In this document: piece after piece, positions 19,161-29,798 of the stretch
Numbering within the stretch: the stretch's first letter is position 1
Layout of the letters: every line of letters starts with the position of its first letter
Virus record (IMG/VR): IMGVR_UViG_3300001528_000407
Location: 23,339 to 87,338 of that record
DNA from: a virus
Taxonomy: Duplodnaviria; Caudoviricetes
Length of the DNA stretch: 64,000 nt
Reading direction: 5' to 3' (one strand)
Position numbers and translations under genes: made by a program
The notes under the pieces: model-generated
Databases searched by the model: none
What the model saw: the letters and a program-made list of their open reading frames with translations, nothing else
What the model was told of the DNA's origin: nothing

Positions 19161-22100
19161 TTAACTCTTGCCCTTCATAAATTGATTAGCCTTATTCATG
19201 CTATCATAGAGATTGCCACGGCCGTACATATCAATCTTTGCGCTGATAGGCTGCGACAATCGCTCCAGGAGCGCATTAACCGCTTGCATGAGGGCTGCAT
19301 TGCTTGCGGTGCTTGCTGCTATCATGTCGCCCGTCGCTGACGCGCCAGGCGAAAGATTACCATTGCTTGCTTGCAAGCCTGCTGCAAGGGTATCGGCTAC
19401 GTTGCCATTGTCAAAAGCCCTTCTTGCTGCGTTTCTCCCTGAATAGTTACTGTCGTAGTTGACGAGTGCCTTCAGTAGCTGAGGGTTGTTCATCATCATG
19501 GCATGGGTTGTCTCACGACCAATCACGATTTCGGGACCTTTCTCTGCTACGAGGGATGGTTGCCCATTGATAGTGGTAGCGGTTGGGGTGGATAGCATCT
19601 GTACCCCACTCTGCTTAGGCGCATCGTCCTCTTTCGCCCAATACACCTCGCCATTGTCGGCTACGAAAGGTTTTAAGTCTTGCACGTTTCCGCTATCGTA
19701 GGTCAACATACCTGTCACCAGTTTGGTATTTGTGCTACTCGTAGAAGACTTCTTCTTGCCTCCACCGAGTGCCGAAGACAGTGCCCACTGCAATAAGCCC
19801 ATGAGGGTTGACATCACTACTGCGGCTGCAATAGGACCAGCGATAGGACCGAGGAACTCAAAACATTTCGCCATGGCACCTGCGATGGAGAATGTTACCT
19901 CACCTTGCGTGCGAGCTGCATCAGACTGAAGAGTCTCATCATTGTTCTTCTGTTTAGCTGCAAGGTTCATCGTTAAAGCCTTGTCGGTAGCTGTGACGAT
20001 GGCATTCTGAGCAAGCTCGGTACCCCTTGTTTGCTGGGTATTACCCTCGTCGGTAGTCTGAACGATGTCCTTCATTCCCTTATCGGTCTCCTTAGAGCGG
20101 TCCTTTGCGCCTTTCTTCACTTCCTTGGTAAGTTCCTGCTGGTGCTTCTTCTCCTTTTTGAGCTGCTTTTTTTGCTCCTTGTCGGTCTTATCGCCACCAT
20201 TGGTGTTATTACCCGCATTGGTGTTTGCGGTCGCTCCTGCGTCCGAATTTGAGCCATTTCCACCAACGGTGAACTCTTGGTTCATCAGGCCACCGATAAC
20301 GCTGCCACCGATGCCAGCCACAGCATCAGATAATGACAATCCATTACCAGTAGCTGCATCGGCGATGGCAGAGCCAGCCTCGCTACCCGCACCGGCAAGA
20401 GTTTTACCTACATTTCTCGCATTGGAGTTTGCAGGTTGTTTATCGGGTGCACCCTTGCCAGCAGGAGGTTCGATACCGAAAGCCTCACGGTTATAGTCAT
20501 CAATAGTACCATCAGGGTTACGCTTCTGCCATGCACGAGGCGGCTCTCCCTGTGAGAGTGGAGTGCCATTGGCATCTACGTATTCGTTACCTACCAAGCG
20601 TACCCACATCGGATTGTCGGCTGTACCCAGGTTACGCCAATCGGCATTGATATAAGTTTCTGCATTCGCTTTTGCATCTGCACGAGCCGCATCTATATCG
20701 GGCTGTGCCTTATTCTTGCCTTGCTTGGCACCTGCATCGTTGATGGCTTTCCACATCTGGGTATTGACATCGTTCAATGCCATCTTTCCCCAACTCTCCA
20801 ACATGGATTTGAGGGCATTCTTGATAGCTTCTTGTGCGCTCGATACATCATTGCGCATTTCAGCAAACGCTTGACCTACTGCTGCGCCGAAATCCTCAAT
20901 AGGCTGCACAAGTTCCTTCATCTGCGAAAGGCGAGATTTCATCGCCGTAGCAAGCTGGTTGGCATAATTCAGTTCTGCCTCCTGGCGAGACTTATCTGCT
21001 TCCAATAAGAGCTGTTTGTTACGAGAACTCTTTTCGATGAAGTAATAGTAATCCTCGGCCGCTTTCAGACGAGCCTTCATCAATTCTACCTCTGGATCAG
21101 CAGTCAAGTCGGCAAGACCGAGGTTAGAGAGGAGGTTGGTTCGCTTACCAAAGAGATTGCTTTCCTGCTGCATCTTGCGAAGTTTCTCTTGGTTGGCAAG
21201 ATTGCGCTTATTGGTATTCCACATCTGGTCGGCAATCTTTTTTTGTTGGTCGTAGGTCTTCTTTTGTGCCTCGGTGTATTCGTCGGAGTATTGAAGAAGC
21301 TTGTTGTAAAACACTCTCCAATCCTCAGCATTATTACCAAGCACACTCTGAATGCGCGAAGCCATACCATCGGGATCGTCACCGAAGAGCATCTGCATCA
21401 AAAGGCTTCTACCTGCGTTATCGGAAACATCTATCTGATATAACTTATTGATGTCTTGACGTGCAGTCTCATACATTTTGATAATGTTAGCCTTTCGCTT
21501 GTCGAAAGCTGCTTTATCGCTTGCCTCCACCGACGTAGGATTAGCGTAACCCATGGTGTTGAAATCATCGTACATATTCTGCTGCACGGCACCCATATAG
21601 TTGTTTTCCTGAGCAACTTTACGGCGAGCTTCCAGCTGCTGTGCCTCCAACTTGATACGATTCTGCTCGTTTTGTGTAGCCTTTGCAAATATCTCGGCGG
21701 TGATAGAACCCATAGAACGATTCAATCCCTTACCAAGCTGTTCCATCTTTGCACGTAGATCATCTACATTGTTGGCAGTGATACCATTCAAGAGATTTTT
21801 GGATAGATTAATACCTGTGGCATCGGTTTTCTCCACCAAATCATTATCCATCGTCTTCTTGAATTTCTCCCAAGTATTCTTCTGCCCAGCGATGGCAAGA
21901 CGTACTTGACTAAGTGCCTCCTCCATGCGTTTGCGTACAGGCTCCACAAACAAGTCCTGCTCAGTCTTATCCATGCCAAGAGAAACGGCATCGGATAGTT
22001 TGGCATTAACTTGTCGCTCATAGAAGTTGCGCACATCGTCCATGATGGCCTTTGCTTCGTCTTGCTTCTGCTTCAGCTCATCACGCATAGATTTCAGACG

Positions 22101-24629
22101 CTCACGCTCCTCTTGCTTCTGCGCACGGATGGCATCTTTGTCAGGCGCATCGTTTTCGAGCGTGCCAGGCTCATCCTCTACCCAAGGAGTGTAGCCATCA
22201 AGATTGACTACCTGATTGAAGTAATCATTGATTTCCTTGTCTTTTGCGGTTTCACGCTTTGTTGCATTCTGGTAGTGAATAAGTGAGGATAACAAACCCT
22301 TGTAACCAATAGGGTTCTCCTTTACCAACTTGCCGTTTTTATCAGTATAAGTATAGTTTCCGGTCTTCATATCAAAACGGAAACTATCTTGCTTTGCGTC
22401 TTTATTGTTCGCCTTAATAATCTGTTGCCATATCCAACCTGCGCCAGCACCTCTATTGAACATTTCCATAACGTTCTTTTGGGTGAAGCCACCAGCGAAT
22501 AGACCGAGACCATTAAGTTCTTTCTTAATGCGATTAGCCGCATTCAGACGATCCATCTGGTATTGAGGCATCACATTCTGCTTGGCTTCCTCACGAAGAC
22601 GATAATAGGTGGCACGCTGTATCTCCTGCGCTAACTCGGAATAATGCTTTTTTAAGTCGCTTACGTTTTTGATTTCGATGCCAAGCTTGGAGATATATTG
22701 ACGGAAATCACGATTAAAGCGAGCTATCTGAGTATTACGCTCTGCCTGTGATACATTAAGAGTTTCGAGTGTTACCTTGTAAGAATGAAGTTTTCTCGTA
22801 AGAGTATCTGTTTGTGATTGAGCCTCTTTTAACTTATCTTTCCAAGCATTCGCTTTTTGCCGCGCCTCTTCCTCTGCTTTTGCGGCTTCTTCTGTTGCTG
22901 TTACATAAGACCATATTGCACCAGCGACAGTCAAGGCTATACTTGCAATAGCACCAAAAATATTGGCCTTCATTGCAGTATTAAGAGCTGTTTGCGCAGT
23001 TACTGCTCCCCAAATGCCCTTTGCTAAACTACCAAAAAAAGTCAACAATGACCAAAGACCACGAGATACTGCAAAATTTACGATAGCAGGCAGCATCCCT
23101 ACAAATATCTTGGCAGATACTATCAGAGTTTGCAATGCAGCATTTAAAGTTCCCTTGAATAACGGACTTTGTGTCATCCATGAGGACATTTCATACCAAG
23201 CTTCTGCAAGCGATTTTACGTTATTGACTCCCTCTGGATTCACAAATGCCTTCTCCCAAAGGTTGTTTGCTCTATCCAAGATACCAGCTGCACTCTCCTG
23301 CTGCATCTTATACTCATTGGTTACAGCAGATGCCTCCTCGAAAGCCTCCTTAGACTCGTAGAGGTGGTCTTTCAACACATCTACGTTCTTCGACATCGTA
23401 ACCATGGCGGTAACGAGTCGCTGACCGTCGGAGCCAAGGTCTTTAAAGATGCTACCCAGGGCATTCATGTTACCTTTGTCTCGCATTTTTTCGAGCACAA
23501 GCACGATGGCATCCATGGCATTGCCAGCCGCATACATATTCTTGATGGTACCCTGCTGAATGCCCAAGTCTTTCTCTATCAAGTTGTGATTCTTCTGCAA
23601 GGCTACGATAAACTTAGACATAGCGGTAGCACTTACTTCCGGCATCAGAAAAAGAGAGTCGGATGCAGAACCAAGGGCGAGCAACTGGTCGGTAGTGATA
23701 CCTGCGGTACGAGACACACCGGTCAATCGCTTAGCAAACTCTACGATATTACCTGATGTAGCAGTAGATGTAGAAGACAACTTAAACATGGCTGAACCAG
23801 TAGCAAGCATGGCTTTTTCAATACCCATCTTTGGGATAAGTCCCATCGTCTCCACCATCTTAGATAGTGCAGGTAAAGCTTCTTCTCCCATTTCCTCACC
23901 AATAGCAACATTGATTTGGTCTGCGGCTGCTACGAATTGCTTCATACCATCCACGCCATACTTACCCATACCCAACTTGGCACCTTGATAGGCAAGTTGT
24001 GCCAAACCATCTACGGATGTACGAGTATCTATCTTAGCCAACTCGTTAGACAATTTATTCACATCTTGCATTGTAAGACCTGATACCTTACGAATATCAG
24101 TCAAAGAAGAAGAATAATCGAAATTTTTCTTGATGGCTGCGGTAACTGTATCTTTTATCTTGTTGAACACCGAGAATAAACCTACATACGCCGTGAGGTT
24201 CTTCATCGCCGTCTGCCATGCACCACCTTGCTTATGCACCGAACCAGTAAGCTTGTCTATCTGATTCTGTAAGGTCTTGACATCTTGCTGACGCTGTTTC
24301 AGTTTCGGGTCATTTTGGAAGGTTTTTCCCAGCTCACTCTTCGCTGCCACCAGCGCACGGCGCAATTCTTTGAGCGAGGTGTTGGAAAGGTTGTTGATGG
24401 CATTCTTTACTCGCTCGCTGTTCTTGATATTCTGCGCCACAGCGGAATTATAAGAAACCAGCTCTTTCTCCAGCTTCTTAAACTCTTTTTTGCCTTGGTC
24501 GGTAGTCACATCAAGAGCTTGCATCTTCTGCTTGATGCCGTCGATGCGCTGCTGAAGCTCATCCATCACCTTCTTGGCTACGGCGGCATTGGCAGTGATT
24601 ACTATCTGCGTTTTCTTTGCTGTTGCCAT
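19161..24629 (-). CDS. tail tape measure protein (TP901/PhageMin_Tail type)
   Basis: 1822 aa, helical; LTDIRKVSGL...LAQLAYQGAKLG minor-tail-protein region; hydrophobic middle segment; C-terminal SLVAEKGPEIVI. Confidence 0.9.
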   Translation of the reverse strand: MATAKKTQIVITANAAVAKKVMDELQQRIDGIKQKMQALDVTTDQGKKEFKKLEKELVSYNSAVAQNIKNSERVKNAINNLSNTSLKELRRALVAAKSELGKTFQNDPKLKQRQQDVKTLQNQIDKLTGSVHKQGGAWQTAMKNLTAYVGLFSVFNKIKDTVTAAIKKNFDYSSSLTDIRKVSGLTMQDVNKLSNELAKIDTRTSVDGLAQLAYQGAKLGMGKYGVDGMKQFVAAADQINVAIGEEMGEEALPALSKMVETMGLIPKMGIEKAMLATGSAMFKLSSTSTATSGNIVEFAKRLTGVSRTAGITTDQLLALGSASDSLFLMPEVSATAMSKFIVALQKNHNLIEKDLGIQQGTIKNMYAAGNAMDAIVLVLEKMRDKGNMNALGSIFKDLGSDGQRLVTAMVTMSKNVDVLKDHLYESKEAFEEASAVTNEYKMQQESAAGILDRANNLWEKAFVNPEGVNNVKSLAEAWYEMSSWMTQSPLFKGTLNAALQTLIVSAKIFVGMLPAIVNFAVSRGLWSLLTFFGSLAKGIWGAVTAQTALNTAMKANIFGAIASIALTVAGAIWSYVTATEEAAKAEEEARQKANAWKDKLKEAQSQTDTLTRKLHSYKVTLETLNVSQAERNTQIARFNRDFRQYISKLGIEIKNVSDLKKHYSELAQEIQRATYYRLREEAKQNVMPQYQMDRLNAANRIKKELNGLGLFAGGFTQKNVMEMFNRGAGAGWIWQQIIKANNKDAKQDSFRFDMKTGNYTYTDKNGKLVKENPIGYKGLLSSLIHYQNATKRETAKDKEINDYFNQVVNLDGYTPWVEDEPGTLENDAPDKDAIRAQKQEERERLKSMRDELKQKQDEAKAIMDDVRNFYERQVNAKLSDAVSLGMDKTEQDLFVEPVRKRMEEALSQVRLAIAGQKNTWEKFKKTMDNDLVEKTDATGINLSKNLLNGITANNVDDLRAKMEQLGKGLNRSMGSITAEIFAKATQNEQNRIKLEAQQLEARRKVAQENNYMGAVQQNMYDDFNTMGYANPTSVEASDKAAFDKRKANIIKMYETARQDINKLYQIDVSDNAGRSLLMQMLFGDDPDGMASRIQSVLGNNAEDWRVFYNKLLQYSDEYTEAQKKTYDQQKKIADQMWNTNKRNLANQEKLRKMQQESNLFGKRTNLLSNLGLADLTADPEVELMKARLKAAEDYYYFIEKSSRNKQLLLEADKSRQEAELNYANQLATAMKSRLSQMKELVQPIEDFGAAVGQAFAEMRNDVSSAQEAIKNALKSMLESWGKMALNDVNTQMWKAINDAGAKQGKNKAQPDIDAARADAKANAETYINADWRNLGTADNPMWVRLVGNEYVDANGTPLSQGEPPRAWQKRNPDGTIDDYNREAFGIEPPAGKGAPDKQPANSNARNVGKTLAGAGSEAGSAIADAATGNGLSLSDAVAGIGGSVIGGLMNQEFTVGGNGSNSDAGATANTNAGNNTNGGDKTDKEQKKQLKKEKKHQQELTKEVKKGAKDRSKETDKGMKDIVQTTDEGNTQQTRGTELAQNAIVTATDKALTMNLAAKQKNNDETLQSDAARTQGEVTFSIAGAMAKCFEFLGPIAGPIAAAVVMSTLMGLLQWALSSALGGGKKKSSTSSTNTKLVTGMLTYDSGNVQDLKPFVADNGEVYWAKEDDAPKQSGVQMLSTPTATTINGQPSLVAEKGPEIVIGRETTHAMMMNNPQLLKALVNYDSNYSGRNAARRAFDNGNVADTLAAGLQASNGNLSPGASATGDMIAASTASNAALMQAVNALLERLSQPISAKIDMYGRGNLYDSMNKANQFMKGKS

Positions 24630-24674
24630 ATTGCTTTTGATTTTTGTTTTATACGATATAAAAAGAAAAAGAAA

Positions 24675-25205
24675 TCAGAATAACTTGATAGGGCTTGCAT
24701 CCTCGAAGGTATTGATAAGTTTTACCTCGCCCTCGTAGCCATAGAAATCTACCAGGTAGTTGGCTATGCGCTGTTGCAGATGGCGAAGCTCCATCATGAT
24801 GGCAGGACGTTGCGAGCTACCTCGCTTTCTGTCCCACTTGGAGATATATCGGGTTTGGTATCGGGCTTTCTTGCCGTTCTGCACATCCTCGTACTTGGTA
24901 CCCTGGCCTACACCCATATCCACGAAGCGCATATAGTCGTTGAATTGGAAGGCCATCGTTACCTTACCATTCTCTCCTACTTCGATTATCTTACCCGCAA
25001 AGGATTTTACGCCCTCACCAGTAGAGTACCAAGCGTTACCCATCTCCTTGCGCTTTTGGTTGACTACGGCATAGCCTTTATATACCTCCTTCGGGAATAT
25101 GCACTGCGTCATGGTGTTTACTTCCAACTGATTGATGGTCTGCTGGAAGAAACGTCCTGCCACCCTACTGAAAGGAAACATCGGGTTCTTGATAGGTTTG
25201 CCCAT
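24675..25205 (-). CDS. putative neck/tail-completion protein
   Basis: 176 aa, immediately upstream of the tape measure gene; YMRFVDMGVG resembles HK97 gp10-like proteins. Confidence 0.45.
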   Translation of the reverse strand: MGKPIKNPMFPFSRVAGRFFQQTINQLEVNTMTQCIFPKEVYKGYAVVNQKRKEMGNAWYSTGEGVKSFAGKIIEVGENGKVTMAFQFNDYMRFVDMGVGQGTKYEDVQNGKKARYQTRYISKWDRKRGSSQRPAIMMELRHLQQRIANYLVDFYGYEGEVKLINTFEDASPIKLF

Positions 25206-25314
25206 AATGATATTCTTTTTTTAGTTTCTTTATGTGATTTCGTAAGCGAGACTTTTACGCCCTACCCTTCCATTGATGCAAAGGAAAAGATAGGGCGATT
25301 AAGCCAAGATACAA

Positions 25315-25965
25315 TTATTGATTTTCGTTTTCTTTATCTTTGGTGTCGGTAGATGAATTATCATCGCCACCATCATCATCGCCATCGTCAGGCTTCGGAA
25401 AGTTGTACTTTCCATTCTTGACGCAATCGAACTTATATAGTGGTTGCAGACTCTTCCAATCGACCCCTGCCACCAACCATTGTCCGGAATACAACTCGCC
25501 TATCAGCCCACAAGAGAAGGATGTAATGTCGATGGATTGTATTTCCGACATGATAACAGGATCATCGGCGAACGACCGGTCGGTTATCGGGCATTTGCCT
25601 TTGCGCTTCACCTCCACGAACCAAGATACGAGGTCTTTGCAATACTCCATCAGGTCGGTGGCAACTTGCTCTAATTTATTGCCATCGTATCTGCCAAGTG
25701 TCTGCGTGGTGTCCTTTATCTTGGTAAGGAACCAGACCTGGTGAGATACCTCCATCTTGCCAGCCGATTGAAACTCGCCTGTGCTCAATACGCTGTAGAG
25801 CATACACGGCGAATGCACTTGGTTGGCATTGCGCGTAAAGATATTCTCCAAGTCGATGTATCTTATACGGAAGAAGCTCTTATCTTCCAGTTTCTTGCTC
25901 AATGGATCGTGAGAAAGGGGCTTGTAGATTTGCGCCCAATGCTCCAAAACGTCTGATATTGTCAT
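25315..25965 (-). CDS. putative virion (tail terminator-like) protein
   Basis: 216 aa in the holin-to-tape-measure unit; call rests on position only. Confidence 0.35.
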   Translation of the reverse strand: MTISDVLEHWAQIYKPLSHDPLSKKLEDKSFFRIRYIDLENIFTRNANQVHSPCMLYSVLSTGEFQSAGKMEVSHQVWFLTKIKDTTQTLGRYDGNKLEQVATDLMEYCKDLVSWFVEVKRKGKCPITDRSFADDPVIMSEIQSIDITSFSCGLIGELYSGQWLVAGVDWKSLQPLYKFDCVKNGKYNFPKPDDGDDDGGDDNSSTDTKDKENENQ

Positions 25966-25996
25966 ATTTATTATCTATTATTTCGTGTTGGTAAAA

Positions 25997-26719
25997 TTAG
26001 TTGGTTTTGTCGGGTTCGGGGTCTGCATCACCCTCGAAGTCTTCTGCATCATTGGCTCCGGACGCTTTATCTGCATCATCTTCCGATTTATCTGCACCAT
26101 CATCTGTTTTTTCTGCATCATCTTCACTATTATTTGGTGCAGATTCATCCTCCCTTGGTGTAGATTCCGCTTTGTCCGATGTAGCCTTGCTATTCGATGA
26201 TGGCTTGCCATCTCCGTTGATTTCCTCTTCCTCCTTCATCAAGTCTTTCAGCTTGATGTTGAAATGTCGCTCGGTCTTGTCTGCCACTATCTTTTGCATC
26301 ACTCTTGCCCAGGCTGCGCCATTACAGGTACTTTCATTCTCCAGTATGCTCACGAATTGTACGGCGCAATAGATGGCGGCGAGATAGTTGGCGAGATGGA
26401 GCGGGCTTTGGAAGTCGAGGACTACGGTATCTATCATCGTAGCGAGAAAGATAGCGAGGATGAGCACGGTAAAGTCTTTCACCATCTTTGCCATCTTCTT
26501 CGATTTCAGCTTGCCGTCTATCTTGCATCGTGGGTCTCGCTTGATAGCCTCTCGGTAGCGGCTATAGATGCGACAGTTGCAGCGCCAGGCTGTATAGCAA
26601 TCGCAAATGAGGGCGAAGAAGCACACGGCGATATAGTTTAAGGATGGCTCAATCGAGCACCACACCAAGCCAATGAGTGCAGCGATGATCCTTGTAAGGT
26701 TGGGGATAATTGTTTGCAT
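25997..26719 (-). CDS. phage holin (holin_4-like) with an acidic tail
   Basis: Three hydrophobic segments; AIYCAVQFVSILEN motif. Confidence 0.75.
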   Translation of the reverse strand: MQTIIPNLTRIIAALIGLVWCSIEPSLNYIAVCFFALICDCYTAWRCNCRIYSRYREAIKRDPRCKIDGKLKSKKMAKMVKDFTVLILAIFLATMIDTVVLDFQSPLHLANYLAAIYCAVQFVSILENESTCNGAAWARVMQKIVADKTERHFNIKLKDLMKEEEEINGDGKPSSNSKATSDKAESTPREDESAPNNSEDDAEKTDDGADKSEDDADKASGANDAEDFEGDADPEPDKTN

Positions 26720-26770
26720 AGTTTCTTTAATGTTTAATTTCGTTGTTACTGTATGTTACCTTGAATACTT

Positions 26771-26812
26771 TGCAAAGATAGTGATTCTGTTATGAATGGT
26801 GGGGACAAAATG
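26771..26812 (-). promoter_or_regulatory. putative late promoter for the holin-tail unit
   Basis: -7 TATCTTTG at 26773-26780; TTTGTCCCCACC box with TTTG at 26806-26809; 25-nt spacer. Confidence 0.6.
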
Positions 26813-26852
26813 CGGCTCTGCATGAATAGCGGTTCGGGGTTCGGGGTGAAAG

Positions 26853-26891
26853 TTTGTCCCAACCGTTTATGGGGAATTTTATAATTTTGCA
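26853..26891 (+). promoter_or_regulatory. putative late promoter for the plus-strand packaging operon
   Basis: TTTGTCCCAACC at 26853; TAATTTTG at 26882-26889; 25-nt spacer. Confidence 0.6.
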
Positions 26892-26933
26892 GACAGTGAG
26901 AATAAACATTGTTGGACAAAATAATATAAATAA

Positions 26934-27787
26934 ATGGTAAGCGAACAATTACAGCGCAAGATAGACCGAGCTATTCACCTGCTGCAAAGCGTGGCTAAGG
27001 GATATGATGGCGAGATAGAGGTAGCCTATTCGGGTGGCAAGGATAGCGATGTTATCTTGCAGCTCGCTAAAGAAGCTGATATTCGATATAGGGCTATCTA
27101 CAAGAATACAACCATCGACCCGCCTGGCACAATAAAACATGTGCAGGATATGGGTGCCGAGATATTGCGACCTAAGCAGACGTTCTTTCAGCTTTTGGCG
27201 AAGAGAGGCTTTCCCTCCCGATTTAGTCGATTCTGTTGTGCTGAATTGAAAGAATACAAGGTATTGGATAAAGCTATTGTTGGTATTCGCCGATGCGAGA
27301 GCGATAAGCGAGCCGAACGTTACAAAGAGCCTACTCTTTGCCGATACTACGGTGCCAAGCGAGAGGAAAATCATGTGGAGCAAATCTTGCCTATCTTGGA
27401 TTGGAGCGATGATGATGTCTTGCAGTTTATCGAAGACCGTAAGATAACGCTTGCACCGATATACTACAATTCTGGGGGGGGGTAATCGACGTTACTCAAC
27501 GTTTGGGCTGTATGTGCTGCCCACTTGCCACAGAGCGCAAGCGTATTCTCTACTTCAAGAAATATCCCAAGATGGTGAAAGCCTATCTTCGGGCTGGCAT
27601 GAAATTCAGAGCCTCGCATCCTGATAGTTATTGTGTCGCCCATTACGATGATGTTTACGAATGGTTCACCCGTGATGTATTCTACCCAAGAAAGAAAGAT
27701 TGGGATAGAGTGAGCGGTGGGCTTTTCGAGAAGCCAGACTATAAGGCTTTCTTGGAAAAAGAATTTGGCATAGATTTGACGCTATGA
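26934..27787 (+). pseudogene. PAPS-reductase-family protein split by a G9 tract (probable phase-variable OFF allele)
   Basis: YSGGKDS, RFCCAELKE, GIRRCES and PILDW in frame 1; TCT GGG GGG GGG TAA at 27471-27485; G7 or G10 continues as VIDVTQRLGCMCCPLA. Confidence 0.85.
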
Positions 27788-27838
27788 CGAAACTTAGCAT
27801 ATAACATTTAATACTTAACATTAAACAAAAAAGCAGAA

Positions 27839-28669
27839 ATGAGCCAACTAACGCAGAATACCCTTGCACGCATCGACAAGTGGTTATCCAATGGGGTGTC
27901 GCTGGAAACGATGTTCCCCAAGCTGGAGCAACGCTACAGGATGCAGCTCTGCAAGGAGTTTTACACCCGATGGGTGCAAAACAAGGACATAGACCCTCGC
28001 ACCACTTGCCGCAACATCGCCCGACGTGACTACGAGATGTTCTTGCAACAGGCGGGACAGGGCAACCAGGAGGCACAGGCGATGGTGATGGCTCTGCACA
28101 TCGACATCGACGAGCAAGGCGACATCAAGCCTCGCTCCATTACCGAGCTTAACAACGATGTGGCTGTTTGCAACCACATCATCCGCTTCTTCACTACCGA
28201 CGAGAGTCCTCGCCACAAGCAGATGTATATCTCTTCGGCTGAATGGCTCATCCGTACCGGCAAGATGCAGAACAACGACCGCTCTGTCTCAAAGGGTATG
28301 GATGCCTTGGCGAATATCTATGGTAACTTCCAGGAGGAGAAGGATGCTACCGAGGAGATGCCGGATATGAGCCGCATTGCCATTACGCAAGATGTAAGCG
28401 TGGTGAAGAGAGACCGCGTGAACTATACCGACGAGTACAAGCGCAAGATGGCTCGCAAGTATGGTCTTACGCAAAAGGATATGCAGGAGATTGCCGAGGA
28501 AGAACAGCTCAACGCTACCGACCTGGGCAAGGTGCCAGACTATATGGAGTTTATGGAAGAGATGATGGAAGGCGATGACGATAAGAAGAAAAAAGAGATG
28601 CCGATGCCAGGCGATGCCGATTCTTCGGATAGCGACGATGAGAAGGAGGGAGGTGGCACCGATGAATAG
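27839..28669 (+). CDS. hypothetical protein, possible terminase small subunit
   Basis: 276 aa, helical with an acidic tail, same operon as TerL; no diagnostic motif recognised. Confidence 0.4.
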   Translation: MSQLTQNTLARIDKWLSNGVSLETMFPKLEQRYRMQLCKEFYTRWVQNKDIDPRTTCRNIARRDYEMFLQQAGQGNQEAQAMVMALHIDIDEQGDIKPRSITELNNDVAVCNHIIRFFTTDESPRHKQMYISSAEWLIRTGKMQNNDRSVSKGMDALANIYGNFQEEKDATEEMPDMSRIAITQDVSVVKRDRVNYTDEYKRKMARKYGLTQKDMQEIAEEEQLNATDLGKVPDYMEFMEEMMEGDDDKKKKEMPMPGDADSSDSDDEKEGGGTDE

Positions 28670-28934
28670 CAAGAAACATTTTGGTGGTGACTTCGACAAG
28701 CACGCTCGCCGTCATGCCAACAACCATCATCAGAACAAAATTCCTCCTTTCCGTCCCGATCCTGAGCATTGGACTCGAAAGGGTCCGCATGGGTGGAAGG
28801 CGAAGGTCGCCTACGAGACGGAAGACGATGCCTGTGAGTATCTGAACCAAAGTCCGAAACTCAAAGCCCTTGGGTATCGGGCATATCAATGCAAGGTTTG
28901 CCAGAAATGGCATATCGGGCATTTCGCCGAGTAG
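28662..28934 (+). CDS. small Zn-ribbon-like protein
   Basis: MNSKKHF... 90 aa; YQCKVCQKWHIGH; ATG overlaps the upstream stop. Confidence 0.6.
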   Translation: MNSKKHFGGDFDKHARRHANNHHQNKIPPFRPDPEHWTRKGPHGWKAKVAYETEDDACEYLNQSPKLKALGYRAYQCKVCQKWHIGHFAE

Positions 28935-29005
28935 CGATTTTCCTTGGTACGGATAAAACGGATAAAACGGAATTTTATAGAACATACATTAACATTTAAA
29001 GACAG

Positions 29006-29776
29006 ATGATAGAACTGAATAAGATATATAATGAGGATTGCTTGGAGGGTATGAAACGCATACCCGATGCAAGCGTGGATTGCATTATTTGCGATTTGCC
29101 TTACGAGGTACTAAATCGTAGTAACAAGCATGTGCAGTGGGATAAGGTTATTCCGATGCAACCGCTCTGGGAGCAATACCTACGTATCGCAAAGCCGAAT
29201 GCAGCTATCATTCTCTTCGGACAGGGCATGTTTACCGCACAACTCATGATGAGCCAGCCCGATATTTGGCGATACAATATCACTTGGGATAAAGACCGAA
29301 AGACTGGTTTTCTGAATGCAAAGCAGATGCCTTTGCGACAGACGGAAATCATTTCGGTGTTTTATCGTGAGCAACCAGTTTATCATCCGCAAATGCGAAA
29401 GTGTTCTAAGCATGAGCGCAATCATAGCAGAGGCAGACAGCAGGGAAAACAAACTAATAGATGTTACGGTTCCTTCGGCAAAGCTGAAGACTTGATTACT
29501 GATGAGAAATATCCATCAGACCTTATCACATTCCAAAGAAACGTACACGATAGTTGGCATCCTACGCAGAAGCCTCTTGACCTTATCCGCTATCTCGTTC
29601 GTACCTACACCGATGTGGGGGGGTGCATTCTTGACAACTGCATGGGCAGCGGCACTACCGCCATCGCTTGTATCAAAGAGAAGCGCAACTTTATGGGCTT
29701 CGAGTTGAACAAGGAATATTACGACAAGGCTTGTGAGCGCATCAAATTAGAAATGATGCAGCCCACACTATTCTAA
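29006..29776 (+). CDS. beta-class N4/N6 DNA methyltransferase with an in-frame G7 tract
   Basis: DLPY (motif IV), HPTQKP and DNCMGSGTT (motif I); G7 at 29617-29623 just before motif I. Confidence 0.9.
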   Translation: MIELNKIYNEDCLEGMKRIPDASVDCIICDLPYEVLNRSNKHVQWDKVIPMQPLWEQYLRIAKPNAAIILFGQGMFTAQLMMSQPDIWRYNITWDKDRKTGFLNAKQMPLRQTEIISVFYREQPVYHPQMRKCSKHERNHSRGRQQGKQTNRCYGSFGKAEDLITDEKYPSDLITFQRNVHDSWHPTQKPLDLIRYLVRTYTDVGGCILDNCMGSGTTAIACIKEKRNFMGFELNKEYYDKACERIKLEMMQPTLF

Positions 29777-29798
29777 GATTATAAAAAGTATTAAGATT

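Noticed and set aside
25261-25320. Sixth copy of the late-promoter motif
   Set aside because: Both boxes are degenerate (TTCCTTTG and ATTGTATC), although the spacing matches; too weak to call.
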